Shown here: piece by piece, positions 31,766-41,534 of the stretch
Layout of the letters: each line of letters starts with the position of its first letter
How positions within the stretch are numbered: the stretch's first letter is position 1
Assembly: GCA_963720545.1 (NCBI GenBank)
Contig: OY970399.1
Coordinates: forward strand, 416,001-480,000
Source: an uncultured Acidobacteriota bacterium
Lineage (GTDB): Bacteria; Acidobacteriota; Vicinamibacteria; Fen-336
DNA length: 64,000 nt
Direction of reading: 5' to 3'
Program-made: the position numbers and the translations under genes
The notes under the pieces: model-generated
What the model saw: only the letters and a program-made list of their open reading frames with translations
What the model was told of the DNA's origin: nothing
Databases searched by the model: none

Positions 31766-32709
31766 GCGTCCTCGTGACCGGCGCCGCCGGCTTCATCGGC
31801 TCTCACCTCGTCGACAGCCTGCTGCGTGACGGCGGCGAGGACGTCATCGGCATCGACTCGTTCGTCGACTACTATCCGCGCGCCATCAAGGAGCGCAACC
31901 TCGAGGCCGCGCGCCGCGACCCGCGTTTCCGCTTCGTGGCGGGCGCGCTGCAGGACCAGGATCTCGGCTCGCTGCTGCAGGACGAAGACGTGAGCGTCGT
32001 CTACCACCTGGCCGCGCAGGCCGGCGTGCGCGCGTCCTGGGGGCGCGACTTCGACGTCTATGCGCTCAACAACGTGAGCGCCACGCAGCGCCTGCTCGAG
32101 GCGGCCTCGACGCTGGCGACACCGCCGCGCATCGTCTACGCGTCGTCGTCCTCGGTCTACGGCGACTCGCCCGCGCTGCCGCTGCGCGAGGATGCGGCGT
32201 GCCATCCGGTGTCGCCCTACGGGGTGACCAAGCTGGCCGGCGAACATCTCGGCCTGCTGTACGAGCGCAACAACGGGGTGCCGGTGGTGGCACTGCGCTT
32301 CTTCACCGTCTACGGGCCGCGGCAGCGGCCGGACATGGCCTTCCACAAATTCCTGAAGGCGGCGCGCGACGGCACGGAGCTGACGATCTTTGGCGACGGC
32401 GAACAGACCCGCGACTTCACATACATTGACGACATCCTCGCGGCGGTTCGCGCGGCCGCGAGCCAGGGGCGGCCCGGCGGCGTCTACAATGTCGGTGGTG
32501 GAGAGCGCATCTCGGTGAACGGCGTCCTCGAGGTCATCGAAAAAGTCACCGGCAGGAAGCTGCGGACGGCGCACGCTGGAGCCCAGAAGGGCGACATGCG
32601 CGACACCTTCGCCGACATCGCGGCGGCGCGGGCCGACCTCGGCTTCCGCTCGACGGTGCCGCTGCGCGACGGCCTGGCGCGGGAATGGGAGTGGATCGAG
32701 AGCCTTTGA
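31762..32709 (+). CDS. NAD-dependent nucleotide-sugar epimerase (UDP-glucuronate epimerase-like)
   Basis: TGAAGFIG, HLAAQAGVR, ASSSSVYG, YGVTK, RFFTVYGPRQRPDMA. Confidence 0.9.
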   Translation: MSVLVTGAAGFIGSHLVDSLLRDGGEDVIGIDSFVDYYPRAIKERNLEAARRDPRFRFVAGALQDQDLGSLLQDEDVSVVYHLAAQAGVRASWGRDFDVYALNNVSATQRLLEAASTLATPPRIVYASSSSVYGDSPALPLREDAACHPVSPYGVTKLAGEHLGLLYERNNGVPVVALRFFTVYGPRQRPDMAFHKFLKAARDGTELTIFGDGEQTRDFTYIDDILAAVRAAASQGRPGGVYNVGGGERISVNGVLEVIEKVTGRKLRTAHAGAQKGDMRDTFADIAAARADLGFRSTVPLRDGLAREWEWIESL

Positions 32710-33539
32710 CAAAGCCAAAGCCGAAGCGGAAGCAGACGACGACGATCAAGAGAATGGCCGTCACGCTGCTGGGGCTCTGTGCGCTTGCCGGCGCCGCCTG
32801 CGGCACCCACCATACCGACCTCGCCGTCCTCGGCAGCAACTCCGACGAGCTCATCTGGGAAGCCGGCCAGAAGGCGTTTGGCAAGAAAGACTGGGAAACG
32901 GCACGCAGCCACTACAAGCGCATCGTCGAGGGCTTCACCACCAGCCAGTACGTGCCCTCGGCACGCCTGGCTCTCGGCGACACCTACTTCTACGAAGGCG
33001 GCACGGCGAGCTTCATCCTCGCCGTCGCCGAGTACCAGGAGTTCCTCAACCTCTACCCCTCGCACCCGCGCAGCGACTACGCGCAGTTCCAGGTCGCCGA
33101 GTCGTACTTCAAGCAGAAGAACGGCCCCGACCGCGACCAGGAGCCGACGCGGCGTGCGCTCGCCGAGTACACGCGGCTTCTCGACCTGCACCCGCGCTCC
33201 AAGCTCGCCGAAGAAACGCGCAAGCGCGTCGTCGTCTGCCGGCAAAGCCTGGCGCGCGCCGAATATGTCGCCGGCTATTTCTACCAGCGGAGCCGGCAGG
33301 CGTACCGTCCGGCCATAACTCGCTACCAGACGCTGCTTACAGAGTATCCAGATTACACACAATTGGACGAGGTTCTGTATCGGATTTCCCAATGCCTGGT
33401 GGCAGCCGGCCGGGGTAAGGAAGCCGCCCCGCACCTGGGCCGCCTCCTCGAGAGCTACCCCAAAAGCAGTTACGCCGGCGACGCCCGGGAGCTCCTGGCC
33501 AAGGTCCAGGCCCAGCCCACCCCAGCCGCCAAAACCTAA
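32706..33539 (+). CDS. bamD: Outer membrane protein assembly factor BamD
   Basis: Lipobox-like AAC, TPR-like helices, FLNLYPSHPRSDYAQF, DRDQ, YPD; start TTG 32706 or ATG 32754. Confidence 0.85.
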   Translation: MTKPKPKRKQTTTIKRMAVTLLGLCALAGAACGTHHTDLAVLGSNSDELIWEAGQKAFGKKDWETARSHYKRIVEGFTTSQYVPSARLALGDTYFYEGGTASFILAVAEYQEFLNLYPSHPRSDYAQFQVAESYFKQKNGPDRDQEPTRRALAEYTRLLDLHPRSKLAEETRKRVVVCRQSLARAEYVAGYFYQRSRQAYRPAITRYQTLLTEYPDYTQLDEVLYRISQCLVAAGRGKEAAPHLGRLLESYPKSSYAGDARELLAKVQAQPTPAAKT

Positions 33540-33569
33540 AGTGTCACTTGAGAAAGCGACCCGCATCAC

Positions 33570-33598
33570 TTGACAGATAGGCCCTAGGACCTTACTCT
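33570..33598 (+). promoter_or_regulatory. sigma70-type promoter of the LysM gene
   Basis: TTGACA-N17-TACTCT, followed by SD GGGAGG before ATG 33629. Confidence 0.7.
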
Positions 33599-33628
33599 GC
33601 CTCGAATTTTACTGAGGGAGGTTGGTCA

Positions 33629-34768
33629 ATGAAGGCGAGGTCTGTCGTCTCCCTCGGCGGGGTGCTCGTGATGGGCCTTGCCACGACGTCTGTGTGGGCC
33701 CAGCGCGCCCCACAGGCCCCGCCTCCGGTCACCACCGAGCCCACGACCGTCCCGAAACACTGGTCCCGCAATCCCTATCCTACGACCATCCCCGAAGGCT
33801 CCGCGCTCTATTATGTGGTGCGCGGCGACACCCTCTGGGACATTGCGGCGCGCTTTCTGGGCAATCCGTACCTCTGGCCGCAGATCTGGGAGCAGAACAA
33901 GTACATTCCCAACGCCCACTGGATCTATCCGGGCGATCCGCTCATCATTCCGGCAGTAGACGTGGTCGCCCCATCGGCCGGCGAACCCTCGACTCCGGCC
34001 GCCGAAGGAGTGCCCGAACCCGCCGCGACCCCCGCGCCGGACGCATCGGCGGGTGGTGAAGGCGGCGGCGAGGGCGCCGGCATGGCGGTTTCCGAGCCGC
34101 CCACTGTCGCCTGCGCGCCGTACATCGCCGCCGAGCCCGAGGACGAGTCGCTGCAGATCCTCGGCTCGGAGCATGGCAACACGCGCATCTCGTTCGCCAC
34201 CCGCGAGATCGTCTATCTCGACCGCGGCACCGCGGGCGGAGTGAACCAGGGCGACATGTTCGCGACGCATCACAGCATGGGCGACGTGCGCCTGCCCGGG
34301 ACCAGGAAGAAGCTCGGCCGCAAGGTCGAAGTCACCGGCTGGGTGCGCGTGATCCTCGCGCAGGAACACGCGGCCACCGCCATCGTCGAGCACGCCTGCG
34401 CCGAGCTGCATCCGGGCGATTACCTGCTGCCCTACACCGAGCCCACGGTGCCGCGGCTCGCCAACTACCAGCCGACCACCCGGGAGATGGCGCCGAGCGG
34501 CAAGCAGCACGGCTACGTGGTGGACATCGCCGACGACATCGCGATTGCCGGCGCCGGCCAGCTGGTGCTCATCGACGTCGGCTCGAGCCAGGGCATCGCC
34601 CCCGGCAGCGTGCTGACCGTCTACCGCATCATGTACGAGAGCGTGCCGACGCCGCGCCGCATCATCGGCGACCTGGTGGTGCTCACGACTCGCGAGGGCA
34701 CGGCCACCGCCAAGGTGTTGTCGAGCTACGATGCGCTGCTGGTCGGCGACGAGGTTGAGCTGCGCTGA
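33629..34768 (+). CDS. Secreted LysM peptidoglycan-binding protein
   Basis: Signal peptide; YVVRGDTLWDIA..NPYLWPQIWEQN..HWIYPGD. Confidence 0.9.
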   Translation: MKARSVVSLGGVLVMGLATTSVWAQRAPQAPPPVTTEPTTVPKHWSRNPYPTTIPEGSALYYVVRGDTLWDIAARFLGNPYLWPQIWEQNKYIPNAHWIYPGDPLIIPAVDVVAPSAGEPSTPAAEGVPEPAATPAPDASAGGEGGGEGAGMAVSEPPTVACAPYIAAEPEDESLQILGSEHGNTRISFATREIVYLDRGTAGGVNQGDMFATHHSMGDVRLPGTRKKLGRKVEVTGWVRVILAQEHAATAIVEHACAELHPGDYLLPYTEPTVPRLANYQPTTREMAPSGKQHGYVVDIADDIAIAGAGQLVLIDVGSSQGIAPGSVLTVYRIMYESVPTPRRIIGDLVVLTTREGTATAKVLSSYDALLVGDEVELR

Positions 34769-34906
34769 CCTCTTGATATCTGCGCGTCAGGTGCAGGACC
34801 GCTGGCTGGCCTTCCAGGCGTACCGCGCGTGACGGCGGGTTTCGCCGACCTGCAGCGCCTGTTCGCCGGCGCCGGCACTCCGCAGCCGGCTGCGCTCGAC
34901 TCTTGA

Positions 34907-36559
34907 TGGACTAAGGTAGCGGCGCAGCTGCTCGGCCCCGACGGCCTCGTCCTCTACGGCAATCGCCACCTGCTCGAGCTGCTGGGCGAAACCGAGGCCG
35001 GCGCGGCCGGTGCCGACTGGTTCGCGCGCTTCGTGCCTGAAGCACACCGCGAGGACTGGCGTGCGGTATTCGCCATGACCTTGGGCGCCGCCGCTCCCAT
35101 GCCGCAGGTCGATCTGCCGATCAGCGGTCCCGGCGGAACGCGCCTGGTCAGCTGGGACAGCGTCGGGTTACGCAACGCCGCCGGCGAGCCGCTTGGCGTG
35201 TTCGCCGTCGGCCGCGACATGACCACGACGCGCGCCGTCGAAGACGCTCGCGGGCAGGCGACGATGTACGACCCGCTCACCGGCCTGCCCAACCGCAACC
35301 TTTTTCAGGATCGCCTGGCACACCATTTCGCCCGCGGCAAGCGGCGCTCGCAGTACCGGTTCGCGACCCTGCTCATAAACCTCGACCGTTTCCGCACCGT
35401 CAATGCCACCCTCGGCCGTGCCGCGGGCGATGCGCTGCTGGTCCAGGTGGGCACGCGTCTGTCCGGCTGCTTGCGCCCCGGCGACTCTCTGGCGCGTCTC
35501 GACGGCGACGAATTTGCGCTCATCATCGACGAGGTGGCGAGCGGCGACGCGGCAGTCGCGGTGGCAGCCCGGATCCACGCCGCGTTCAAGGCGCCATTCG
35601 TTCTCGACGGCCGGGAGATGGTGGTGACCGCAAGCATCGGCAGCGCCGTGAACAAGCCGCGGCACGCGGGCCCGGAGGACCTGCTGCGCGATACCGAAGC
35701 CGCCATGCATCACGCCAAGGCGCGCGGCCAGGCGGGCCATGAGGTGTTCCGCACCAGCATGCATGCGCGCGCCATGTTCCTGCTCGAGCTCGAGCGCGAA
35801 CTGCGCGCGGCGCTCGAACGCGAGGCGCTGGCCGTGCACTATCAGCCGGTCGTCTCCCTGGCTTCGGGCACGATCGTCGGCTTCGAGGCGCTGGCGCGAT
35901 GGGAGCGGTCGCCGGGCGTCTTCATCCCGCCTGGCGATTTCATCGGCATCGCCGAAGAAACCGGCCTGATCAACGAGCTGGGAGCCTGGGTGCTACGGGT
36001 GGCGTGCGCCCAGGCGCGCGAGTGGCACGCGTACCGGCCGGAGGGCGGACCGCTGCGCATGGCGGTGAACCTGTCGCCGCGGCAGTTCGCCCAGCCCGAC
36101 CTGCTGCAGCAGATTGCCGGGATCGTCACCACGACGGCGGTGCCGGAAGGCGCACTGCGGCTCGAGATCACCGAGAGCGTGCTCATGCTCGAACCGGAGT
36201 CCGCCGCCAGCTTGCTCGCGAGCCTCCACGGTCTGCACGTGCACGTCTGCATCGACGACTTCGGCACCGGGTACTCGTCGCTGAGCTACCTGCTGCGCTT
36301 CCCCGCCAGCACGCTGAAGATCGACCGCTCCTTCGTTACCGGCCTGACCAAGGGCGGCCAGCACACGGAGTTGGTCAAGACGATCATCGCCCTGGCGAAG
36401 AACGTCGGCATGGACGTCGTCGCCGAAGGGGTCGAGACCATGGAGCAGCTGGCTGTGCTGCGCGCTCTGGGCTGCGACTATATGCAGGGTTTCCTCGTCT
36501 CCAAGGCCGTGCCTGCCGCGGCGGCTCGCGCCTTGCTGGAGGCCGGGCCGCTCCTCTAG
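34907..36559 (+). CDS. PAS-GGDEF-EAL c-di-GMP phosphodiesterase-like protein with disrupted 5' end (first usable start GTG 35033)
   Basis: DPLTGLPNR, DGDEF, FEALARW, DDFGTGYSSL, VAEGVE; PAS-like open frame extends to in-frame TGA at 34904-34906. Confidence 0.8.
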   Translation, partial: WTKVAAQLLGPDGLVLYGNRHLLELLGETEAGAAGADWFARFVPEAHREDWRAVFAMTLGAAAPMPQVDLPISGPGGTRLVSWDSVGLRNAAGEPLGVFAVGRDMTTTRAVEDARGQATMYDPLTGLPNRNLFQDRLAHHFARGKRRSQYRFATLLINLDRFRTVNATLGRAAGDALLVQVGTRLSGCLRPGDSLARLDGDEFALIIDEVASGDAAVAVAARIHAAFKAPFVLDGREMVVTASIGSAVNKPRHAGPEDLLRDTEAAMHHAKARGQAGHEVFRTSMHARAMFLLELERELRAALEREALAVHYQPVVSLASGTIVGFEALARWERSPGVFIPPGDFIGIAEETGLINELGAWVLRVACAQAREWHAYRPEGGPLRMAVNLSPRQFAQPDLLQQIAGIVTTTAVPEGALRLEITESVLMLEPESAASLLASLHGLHVHVCIDDFGTGYSSLSYLLRFPASTLKIDRSFVTGLTKGGQHTELVKTIIALAKNVGMDVVAEGVETMEQLAVLRALGCDYMQGFLVSKAVPAAAARALLEAGPLL

Positions 36560-36583
36560 ACGTTTCCTTCACACCATCGCATG

Positions 36584-39500
36584 TCAGCTGCGCTGCAGCG
36601 ACCAGCCGGTGCCGGCTGCCGGCGGCTCTGTTGCGAGCATTGCCGCCAGATCCTGCGACCAGGTCTCGATGTCGGCGGGTCGATCCTCAGGCCGCTTCGC
36701 CAGGGCAGCGTCGAAGGCGGCATCGACGCCGGGCGGAACGACGGCCAGGGACGATACCGGCGGGTGGGCTCCATAGAGCACCTCGATCATGCTCTTCGCC
36801 ACATCCTCACTCGCGACGAGGCGCCGCCCGGTCAGCGCCTCGAAGGCGACCACGGCAAGCGAATACAAGTCGCTGCGGCCATCGACCTCCTCGCCGTTCA
36901 CCTGCTCGGGCGACATGTAGGCGGGCGTGCCGATGAGCACGCCGGTGTGCGTCAGGCGGGCCCCGGCGTGGCTGGACTTCGCCACCCCGAAGTCGACCAC
37001 CTTGGCCCGAAACACGCCGGCTTCAGGCACCAGCAGGATGTTGCCGGGCTTGACGTCGCGATGGACGACGCCGACCCGGTGGGCTGCGTGCAGCGCCGAA
37101 CCGACCTGCGCCACGAGCGCCGCCACTTGCGCCGGTGTGGCACGGCCGCAGTCGAGCAATTGCTCAGCGACGGTGGTGCCGGTGAGCAGTTCCATTGCGA
37201 GAAATGCAGAGCCGTCCTCGAGTTCGCCGGAGTCGAACAGCGAGACCACCGAAGGGTGGTGCACGCTCGCCAGCGCGCGGGCCTCACGGTCGAGGCGGAA
37301 CCGGGTTTCCGCGTCATTGAGCCGGTCGGCGCGGATCACCTTGAGGGCCACGTCGCGCGCCAATCGCTCGTCATGTGCGGCGAAGACGCTGCCCATGCCG
37401 CCCTCGCCGAGCAGGCGCTGCAGGCGATAACGACCGAGGACCAGCAAAGGCAGCAGGCGGGTGCCATCCAGTTCCGCGCCGTCGGTGTCGCAACGCGCGA
37501 CCTCCTGGCCGTAGCATCGTCCGCAGCGCGGGCACAGGTTCATCGAGGCGATCCCCTGCTCCAACATGTGCTGCCGCACTTCGGCCTGGCGCGAGTTCGA
37601 GGCCGTGAGGCGCTGGCGCAGGGCCTGGAAGTCAAGGGCACTGCCCAGGTGCTGGGCGAGGCCCGCGACCAGAGCGCTCTCGGTGTCACCGAAGCTGCGC
37701 GTGCCTTCGATGACCAGGGCGCCGCGGATCTCGCGCGTCATGCCGGCGAGCGGTACGACGATGCGCCCCTCCTGTGGCTTGGCTGTGTCGACGGCCAGGA
37801 CATCGCTGAGCGTGATTGGCTGCGAGGGCACCGGCCCGATCGGCACCAGCCTCTCGCCTTCGGCTCGCAGGATCGCGACTCGTTGCGCCTGCACCGCCCG
37901 GCGCACTTCCTCCGCCATCGACGGCCCCCACACCGCCAGGTCCTCGGCGAGGGCGCCCGCGTTTCGCGACAACCTGGCGAGTTGCTCTTGCGCCGCCTTG
38001 AGTTCGTCGTTGGCTGTGCGCAGGTCCCCGGTACGCTCATCGACGACCGCCTCGAGCTGTCGTGCGCGCGCCTCCAGGCGACGCACGCGCAGGCGCTGTC
38101 CAAGGAAGCCGGCGAGCACCAGGCCGAGCCCGACGAGCGCCTGGAACCAGCGGGTCTGGTGGAACAGCGGCTTCACGGTGACAACGGCGAGCGCGCCGTC
38201 CTGGTTCCACACGCCCTCGTCATTGGCAGCCCTGACCCGGAACCTGTAGCTGCCAGGCGGGACGTTCGTGTACCGAACCACGCGCTCGCTTCCGGCCGCG
38301 GTCCAGTCGCGATCGAAGCCTTCGAGGGTGTATTGGAAATGGACTCGCTGCGGAACGGCCAGGCTCAGCGCGGTGTAGTGAACGGTCAGCGTGGCGGCGC
38401 CCGGAGCGACGACGAAACCGCCCGCCGAGTGCACCAGGGCAACGCCGTCGCTCTGCAACTGCTCGATGACGACCGGCGGCGGCAAGGGGTTCGTCGCCAG
38501 ATGCGCCGGATCGACGGCCACCACGCCCGCGATGGTCGGAAACCACAACCGGCCGTCGCGCGCCAACCATGCCGACGGTTGATTGTCGCCGTTGCACTCC
38601 GCGCTGCGCATGCCGTCCTGGACGCCGAACGATTGCGAGTCGATGGTGGATTGCCCGCCGTCGGCAAAGGCCTCGAGGCTGGCCCTGGCTACGCGGAAAA
38701 TGCCCCTGTTGGAACTCATCCAGAAGAAACCCTGCGTGTCCTCGAGAACGCTGAACACGCGGTCGTCGAACAACCCGTCCTTCCTCGTGAAATGACGGAA
38801 GACGCCGTCGCGCAGCCGGTTCAGGCCGCCGGCCAGGGTTCCCACCCAGAGCGTTCCGTCGGCGTCCTGGTACAGGCTCGTCACCTGGTTGTCCGATAGC
38901 CCATTGCGGGTGGTGTAGGCGCGGAACCCCCCATCGGCGAACCTGTTGAGGCCGTTCGACGTGCCGATCCACAAGGCGCCGTCGCGGCTATCTTCGAGCA
39001 AGGCGGTGACGTAGTCGTCGGAGAGGCCGTTGCTCTTGTTGTAGACGACGAGGCGGCCGTGCTGCAGGCGATCCAGGCCGCCACCGGCGGTGCCGATCCA
39101 GACTGTTCCGTTGCGCGCGACCAGCAGCGCGGCGATTTCGTCGCTCGAGAGGCCGTCGCGCGTCGTCAGCCGCGAGAACGCGCCCGCGCGGCGACGACTC
39201 ACGCCACCGCCGCGTGTGCCGATCCACAGGTCGCCGTCAGAACCTTCGCCGAGCGATGTCACCTGATCGCCCGAAAGACCGTCGCGAGTGCCGAACACCG
39301 TGACCGTGCCCTTGACGATCCGGTTCAGGCCACCGCCATCGGTGCCGATCCAGAGCGCTCCGCCATGGTCTTCGTAGACCGTCAGCGCCGCGGCGCTCGA
39401 CAGGCCTTCGGCGGTGCCGAGCGGAGTGAACCTCGTGTCGCGCAGGCGGTTGAGGCCGCCCCCGTCCGTGCCGATCCACAGGCTGCCTTCCCGGTCCTCG

Positions 39501-40429
39501 TAGAGCGACATCACCACGTCGCTCGTCAACCCCTGGCTGCGGCCGAACACATCGACCGTGCCGCCGCTGAGACGGCCGAGGCCCGCCGCGGTTCCGATCC
39601 AGAGGATGCCATCGCGGTCCTCGAGCAGCGACCAGACCTCGTTGCTCGGCAAGCCGTCGCGTTCGGTCACGGTCGTGATCACGCCGTCCTTGATGCGGTT
39701 GACGCCGCCCTCGAAAGTGCCGGCCCAGATGCTGCCGTCCCGGCCCTCGACGATCGAGCTGACCTGGTCGCCCGACAACCCATCGCGCTTGCGGATGGTC
39801 GTGATCCGGCCGTTCTCGATGCGGTTGAGGCCGCCACCGAAGGTGCCGACCCACAAGATGCCGTGACGGTCCTCCAGGACCGAGATGACCTGGTCGTTCG
39901 AAAGGCCTTCGCGCGTGGACAAGACGGTGACTCGTCCCGAGGCGACGCGGTTTATGCCGGCGGCCGTGATGCCGGCCCACAGCACGCCGTCCTTGCCCGC
40001 ATGGAGTGCGCGGATCCGGTCTCCGGTCAGGCCGTCGGCGGCGGTGACGGCGCTGAATCTGCCGTCCCGGTAGCGCAACAGTCCGCCGCCACGCAGGCCC
40101 ACCCACAGCACGCCGGCGTCGTCCTCCGCCAGCGCAAGGACGATGTTTTGTGTGAACGCGGCGTCACTATCCTTGTTGAAGGCGACGAAACGCGCGCCAT
40201 CGAAGCGGACCAGACCCTCCTGCGTCCCCAGCCAGAGATAGCCGTCTCGGCCCTGGACGATCGCAGAAATCGTGTTCTGGGGCAGGCCCTGCTCCGATTG
40301 CCAGGCATCGTGCCGATACTGTGTGATCCGGCGCACCGGGTCGAGGGCCTGCGCCGGCGCTGCGGGCGCGAAAAACAGCGCCAACACCGCGATCCGCCCC
40401 GCCCAGTGCCGCGTTGTGGGCCAGTTCAC
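36584..40429 (-). CDS. Membrane receptor Ser/Thr kinase: Reg_prop propeller repeats, Y_Y_Y, TM, GAF-like region, Cys cluster, Hanks kinase (start uncertain)
   Basis: 14 G.(L/I/V/F)W.GT-like repeats; YTNVPPGSYRFRVRAAN; CPRCGRC; GEGGMG, VALK, HRDVKPGN, DFG, GTPAYMSPE. Confidence 0.88.
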   Translation of the reverse strand: MNWPTTRHWAGRIAVLALFFAPAAPAQALDPVRRITQYRHDAWQSEQGLPQNTISAIVQGRDGYLWLGTQEGLVRFDGARFVAFNKDSDAAFTQNIVLALAEDDAGVLWVGLRGGGLLRYRDGRFSAVTAADGLTGDRIRALHAGKDGVLWAGITAAGINRVASGRVTVLSTREGLSNDQVISVLEDRHGILWVGTFGGGLNRIENGRITTIRKRDGLSGDQVSSIVEGRDGSIWAGTFEGGVNRIKDGVITTVTERDGLPSNEVWSLLEDRDGILWIGTAAGLGRLSGGTVDVFGRSQGLTSDVVMSLYEDREGSLWIGTDGGGLNRLRDTRFTPLGTAEGLSSAAALTVYEDHGGALWIGTDGGGLNRIVKGTVTVFGTRDGLSGDQVTSLGEGSDGDLWIGTRGGGVSRRRAGAFSRLTTRDGLSSDEIAALLVARNGTVWIGTAGGGLDRLQHGRLVVYNKSNGLSDDYVTALLEDSRDGALWIGTSNGLNRFADGGFRAYTTRNGLSDNQVTSLYQDADGTLWVGTLAGGLNRLRDGVFRHFTRKDGLFDDRVFSVLEDTQGFFWMSSNRGIFRVARASLEAFADGGQSTIDSQSFGVQDGMRSAECNGDNQPSAWLARDGRLWFPTIAGVVAVDPAHLATNPLPPPVVIEQLQSDGVALVHSAGGFVVAPGAATLTVHYTALSLAVPQRVHFQYTLEGFDRDWTAAGSERVVRYTNVPPGSYRFRVRAANDEGVWNQDGALAVVTVKPLFHQTRWFQALVGLGLVLAGFLGQRLRVRRLEARARQLEAVVDERTGDLRTANDELKAAQEQLARLSRNAGALAEDLAVWGPSMAEEVRRAVQAQRVAILRAEGERLVPIGPVPSQPITLSDVLAVDTAKPQEGRIVVPLAGMTREIRGALVIEGTRSFGDTESALVAGLAQHLGSALDFQALRQRLTASNSRQAEVRQHMLEQGIASMNLCPRCGRCYGQEVARCDTDGAELDGTRLLPLLVLGRYRLQRLLGEGGMGSVFAAHDERLARDVALKVIRADRLNDAETRFRLDREARALASVHHPSVVSLFDSGELEDGSAFLAMELLTGTTVAEQLLDCGRATPAQVAALVAQVGSALHAAHRVGVVHRDVKPGNILLVPEAGVFRAKVVDFGVAKSSHAGARLTHTGVLIGTPAYMSPEQVNGEEVDGRSDLYSLAVVAFEALTGRRLVASEDVAKSMIEVLYGAHPPVSSLAVVPPGVDAAFDAALAKRPEDRPADIETWSQDLAAMLATEPPAAGTGWSLQRS

Positions 40430-40547
40430 CAGACCTGCCAGGCTGCGTCGCCAATCACCTTGGCGACGAAAGGGCCATGCAACACTCTCGTCGGACGCCC
40501 GAGCCGGCGGCAGTGCCGCCGGCCAGGAGGACCTGGAGAACGACACC

Positions 40548-41066
40548 ATGAGACCGACAATTCGATTCACGTTCGCGCTGGCCGCATTCCTCGTAGTTTC
40601 GCAGAGCACGGCCGAGGCCGCCAAGCTTCGCTGCAAGAGCGATCCGCTCTTCATCATGTCGGACGGAACCAGCATCGACGTCAATGCCGACATCGATTCG
40701 CTGCCGATGGACGTGACCACCGTCACCTACGTACTGCGTGTGCCGACCGGCGTCAGGGTGCTGGCGTGGGCGCGCACTCCCACCTGGCTCACGACTGTGG
40801 AGAAGGTCGTGGTCCTCACCGGCAACCCGCCGCGCACGTACAGCAGCAACACCATCGTCATCAACCGCAGGGGCAAAGTCCCTGTTACCGCCAACATGGT
40901 GGTGGGCCTTGCCAAGAGTTCGGTGACCGGCAAGGCCGGCGACACGCTGACCCTGCACGTGACCGCCCCCAGCATCCTCAACGCCGTTGGCCAGGCAGCC
41001 GGCATCGACCCTGTGACCGAAGGCGCCTCCTCGTTGCTCAACCAGCTCACGAACGGCAACCGATAG
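40548..41066 (+). CDS. Small secreted beta-rich hypothetical protein
   Basis: SD GGAG, signal peptide ending AEA-A, GC-rich codon pattern, Val/Thr-rich strands. Confidence 0.75.
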   Translation: MRPTIRFTFALAAFLVVSQSTAEAAKLRCKSDPLFIMSDGTSIDVNADIDSLPMDVTTVTYVLRVPTGVRVLAWARTPTWLTTVEKVVVLTGNPPRTYSSNTIVINRRGKVPVTANMVVGLAKSSVTGKAGDTLTLHVTAPSILNAVGQAAGIDPVTEGASSLLNQLTNGNR

Positions 41067-41521
41067 CGGCTGACGCGCCGCCTGGTTTCCTTGAGCTTGA
41101 GCGCATAGAGTAGACCGAGATAGGCCGCTAGGCCCAGCGGAATGCCGAGAACGGCATTCCCCACCAGGAACGGCCACAGGTAGGGGCCGAGGTCGCGCAG
41201 CAGCGTCCGCAGGAACATCACGCCGCTGCCGCGCCACTTGACGTGTACGAGGCCCGCGGAGGACACGCCGAGCATCCAGCAACCGAGCGTCGTGCCGATG
41301 ACGAGGGCCGGCACCGCCGTCCACGCGTTGAGCCAGGCGCCCACCAGCAGCGCCACGCGGTTGAGGCCGAACATCACCGCCACCGCCAGCGCCATCCAGG
41401 TGTGCAGGCCGAAGAACGGGCTGAACCCGATCCAGACGCCGACGCCGAACGCGAGCGCCATGCGCTGCGGCGGCTCGTCGATCTGCAGCAGCCTGGCAAC
41501 GGCCTCGCGCAGTCGCTTCAT
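40727..41521 (-). CDS. DUF2062-family membrane protein with apparent read-through C-terminal extension
   Basis: PQRMALAFGVGVWIGFSPFFGLHT, LNR, PFLVG; no stop until 40727. Confidence 0.75.
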   Translation of the reverse strand: MKRLREAVARLLQIDEPPQRMALAFGVGVWIGFSPFFGLHTWMALAVAVMFGLNRVALLVGAWLNAWTAVPALVIGTTLGCWMLGVSSAGLVHVKWRGSGVMFLRTLLRDLGPYLWPFLVGNAVLGIPLGLAAYLGLLYALKLKETRRRVSRYRLPFVSWLSNEEAPSVTGSMPAAWPTALRMLGAVTCRVSVSPALPVTELLARPTTMLAVTGTLPLRLMTMVLLLYVRGGLPVRTTTFSTVVSQVGVRAHASTLTPVGTRST

Positions 41522-41534
41522 CGGCGCGCCGTGG

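Noticed and set aside
34904..34906. Selenocysteine read-through of the in-frame TGA
   Set aside because: Not a redox-site context and no convincing SECIS; a frameshift explains it better
38760..40260. Regularly spaced DNA repeats (GTGCCGATCCA-like) as a possible CRISPR array
   Set aside because: Degenerate codons for the WIGT propeller repeats inside a CDS; no cas genes
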